Positions 61,110 through 64,000 of a stretch of 64,000 nt of DNA are shown here, piece after piece. The stretch covers positions 186,001 through 250,000 of the forward strand of contig ML996705.1 of the NCBI GenBank assembly GCA_010356995.1. The letters are read 5' to 3'. Under the pieces are notes generated by a model. The model did no database searches. It was not told the DNA's origin and worked only from the letters and a program-made list of their open reading frames with translations. This stretch comes from Trichodelitschia bisporula. Taxonomy: Eukaryota. Position 1 is the first letter of the stretch. Every line of letters starts with the position of its first letter. The position numbers and the translations under genes are program-made.

Positions 61110-62054
61110 CGGGTGGGGCGGACGGGACGGTCCGACACTCAGGGTTCTCCGCGGTGGACCCTTTTCTTACCGCGCGGGACGACCCGGCGGTGTGCGCACA
61201 TCCATATCCACATCTGACTCAGGACGGCATTTCCATTTCAACATCCGGCGCCGGGGATCTCAGGGAAACCAAAAACAAGGAGCAAGGCGGGCGGGGGAAA
61301 GACCAAAAGGGCGCGACGCTGGCGGATCATCATCATCATCATCACTTCCTTTACATCTTTAACATATTCCCTCTCATGCGCTCTGGGAAAGGAATCGGGG
61401 AAACGGGCAACGGGCGGATCATTTGCAAGAGGCGAGCATTTTTGCGTTACGGGCGACAGGCGACGGCGGATCGCTTTGGTTTCTTTCTTTTGCGCGTCAT
61501 GGGACTCGGACATGGAATGGGCGGAATCTGCATGTCTGGTTTGGCTTTCCCTTACGGGCTATGGGCAACGTATTCTGTGGCTTTGGACGTTGCGTGCTGT
61601 GTAGGCTCAGCGAGAGCTCTGGCTGTCAGTTTTGACGGCGATTCGTAGGCAATGGATTGATACCTGCTACCAGTTTTCGTGTAGAAACTTAGCGGTTTAC
61701 CGCCGCCGAACCCAATGTATACGCCCTCCGCAGGCGACGCTTTTGTAGGCTCAGCAAGAGCCGAGCTGTCAGTTCATCGGCCGCACTCAGGCAACGGAAT
61801 TGATACCTTTTTAACCACTGCCCAGTGCCCCATGCGGGCCAGACGTATAAACGCAGCACCGCCGAACCTCATGTACAAGTCCTCTACACGCACCGCAAAC
61901 GCCAGAAATGCTGCAACGGGCGGGATGGCCCGACCGTCAACGCCTAACCCGGCCACAAAAGGGCCGAACACGGGACCTGCATACAGCACACGAAAAGAAT
62001 CCTTTTGAGCTCCGTCTCTATTACCGTATACCGCTTCCGGAAAACGTTACCCGT

Positions 62055-63182
62055 CTATGGGATCTTGTCTTTCCGGCCGGTGAGAATGCGGTCCTCGAAG
62101 CGCCGCATCAGCTTGTTAGTTTGCTCCGCGAGACTGAGCGTCAGGATCTGTCCTCGTTAGAATAGTACGAGATGCTGGCGCTATGGCACCCACCGTATGT
62201 GGCAATATCCGCGCCAAATGCGCAAAGAAGCCCTTGTAGATAGCAAGCACGCCCTCCGTGCGCACAGTGCGGAAGAGGCAGTCAAACGCGCCCGAGTACA
62301 AATTGCCCGTCTGGTTGTACATGCGGCTCATGACCGTGTCAGGCGGGTGCATAACACAACACACGACAAAACCGCTCGCCGTGCTACTCGCCAGATGCAG
62401 CGCCGGGCCCTCCTTCATATCCAGGTGCTTGACGAGCTGGCGCTTGGCGAAGAAGTACGTCGGCAGCTGGACGGAGGAGCCGAACCCGGTCCGCACCATT
62501 GCTGGCCCTACGCCGCGGTACAAGCCGCGCACGCCCTCGCTCTTGTAGATCTGCCGAAGTCCGTCCCAGGCGTTGTGGTACGAGTGCTGCGTGCCCACGG
62601 GCAAGAAGGGGGAGTACGACTGCAGGCGCGTCTTAACGAGGAAGAAAGGCGATCCCGCGGCGGCGCCGAGGATGCCTGATGCGGCGCCGGAGAAGATGTT
62701 GATGCCGAAGGATTGCTTGTTTGGGTCGTTGTACAGCGTGGAGGTTATGGATGTGCGTAGCGGCTCGTAGAAGCCCAGACGGCAGCCGTTGAGGGTCATT
62801 TGGTAGATGTACTGTAAGGGTTAGGGGAGGGTACGCGATAGGTTGTGGAGGGGGCGTACCGCGCAGCTCAGGCCGCGCAGGAGTCCCGACAGGCCTTCAT
62901 TGCTGTAGATGACGCCCACGCCATGCAGCACGCCGCGATACAGCCGCTTTGTCTCCTGTTTGGATTGTAGCTCGCCCTGTAGCTGGAGTCTAGGCGGGGT
63001 CAGCAGGGGTGTTTGCGCCCGGGCACCGCGGGGCGTACCTGATCTTCACGGTCTCAAAGCTGTGTGTGACAGTCACGGCGCCGCAAGCGGCGATGCCACC
63101 GGCGATAAAGGCGCTGCAAATTGGTCAATCAGCGTTACGAGAGATCCGGAGCGTACTCCACGCACCCAATCGTCGTGGACAT
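62055..63182 (-). CDS. OAC1: Mitochondrial oxaloacetate/sulfate carrier
   Basis: AFIAGGIAACGAVTVTHSFETVKIR|LQLQGEL, YQMTLNGCRLGFYEP, GSPFFLVKTRLQS, GSSVQLP and ARILPHT|ILTL. Four introns. Confidence 0.95.
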
Positions 63183-64000
63183 GGTCCCGAAGGGTCCGGC
63201 TGGAGGCGCCGGCGCAGACTGCGGGGTTGTGGCTGCTGCAATGGGAGGTGGGTGAAGAGTGGAGAGGATAGATGGAGAGGAGAGGGTAAGGAGTGGAGTG
63301 AAGGTTCTGTGGTGAATGGGTGAGATGCTGCGATATTGCTCACTGGAGCTAGTGGTCGGCCGAAGTCGGGGACTTTGCCCGGAGGTGGCTTCGTCAGGCA
63401 GCAAGGCATCAACACGGTTATGTAATATCCGAGCGGTCAATGTTTGCGCTACCGAACGCCTTGTGCAAGTCAATCGGAGTTTAGTTCTACATGCCATTCT
63501 TCAAACTTGCCGCTTCAATGGATTGATTCTAACTACAGCCGGATTCGCTAAAGGGGACAGCCGGTCTGGTATGTCCGTATGCGGCTTGCATTCCCGTCAA
63601 CCGGGATCGACTTCTAAGAAAAGCCCCAAACACTACGGGCTTGGTGTGAAGAGAAGAATCATCTCAAGAACCTGTTATTGGTGCCCTGATACACATGTCC
63701 GTAGGCATAATGAGCGAAGTGGCTATGCGAATTGGTTGTTCTGTCCCAATGCGGAGTTCAGTTGATGCCGCTGCGATGGTACCGAAAACCGGAATTCTGG
63801 TACAGCATGCTAAAGAGATGAAAAGGGGCTGGGCGTCATCCAGTCTTAAAGCTGTATCGTTATCAAAGCCATCTGAGTAGCTCAAGCAAGGCTGTGACAC
63901 TGTTCGTCTCAAACCCTCGTAAAAGTGAAGTCGGCGATAGTCACCTTTCCGGAGCATCTTTCCTCCATCCCCGGTCTCTTCCCAACTCATGTGAATTCGC

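Noticed and set aside
62815..62830. TTAGGG-like sequence
   Set aside because: Single copy inside an OAC1 intron (branch point CTAAC on the minus strand), not telomeric.

Overview
Gene-rich fragment of a filamentous ascomycete genome (Pezizomycotina, probably Dothideomycete-like), inferred from mostly 42-62 nt GT..AG introns with CTRAY branch points and from the gene families present. I reconstructed about 24 protein-coding loci by hand. They include an ADF-H protein, OHCU decarboxylase, a Sec2-like coiled coil, an ATF/CREB bZIP, thioredoxin, Mkt1, an alpha/beta hydrolase, an Mtc2-like protein, a KduD-like SDR, a GFA protein, a C2H2 TF, an F-box-like protein, Aro80-like and Upc2-like Zn2Cys6 TFs, a Kre1-like GPI protein, NAD kinase and Oac1. 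I saw no rRNA, tRNA, CRISPR array or intact transposon. The most notable items are: (1) a spliced 18-codon metallothionein micro-gene whose stop codon is created by splicing; (2) an orphan-rich block at about 33-44.5 kb holding two divergent tandem paralogues that share only N- and C-terminal motifs, one carrying Q/N/G repeats and a leader minisatellite; (3) a FUS-like [S/G/T]Y[G/S] repeat protein; (4) Pol II CTD-like heptads in the bZIP factor; and (5) a DUF4211-like pseudogene. All family assignments come from recognising motifs by eye, not from database searches.
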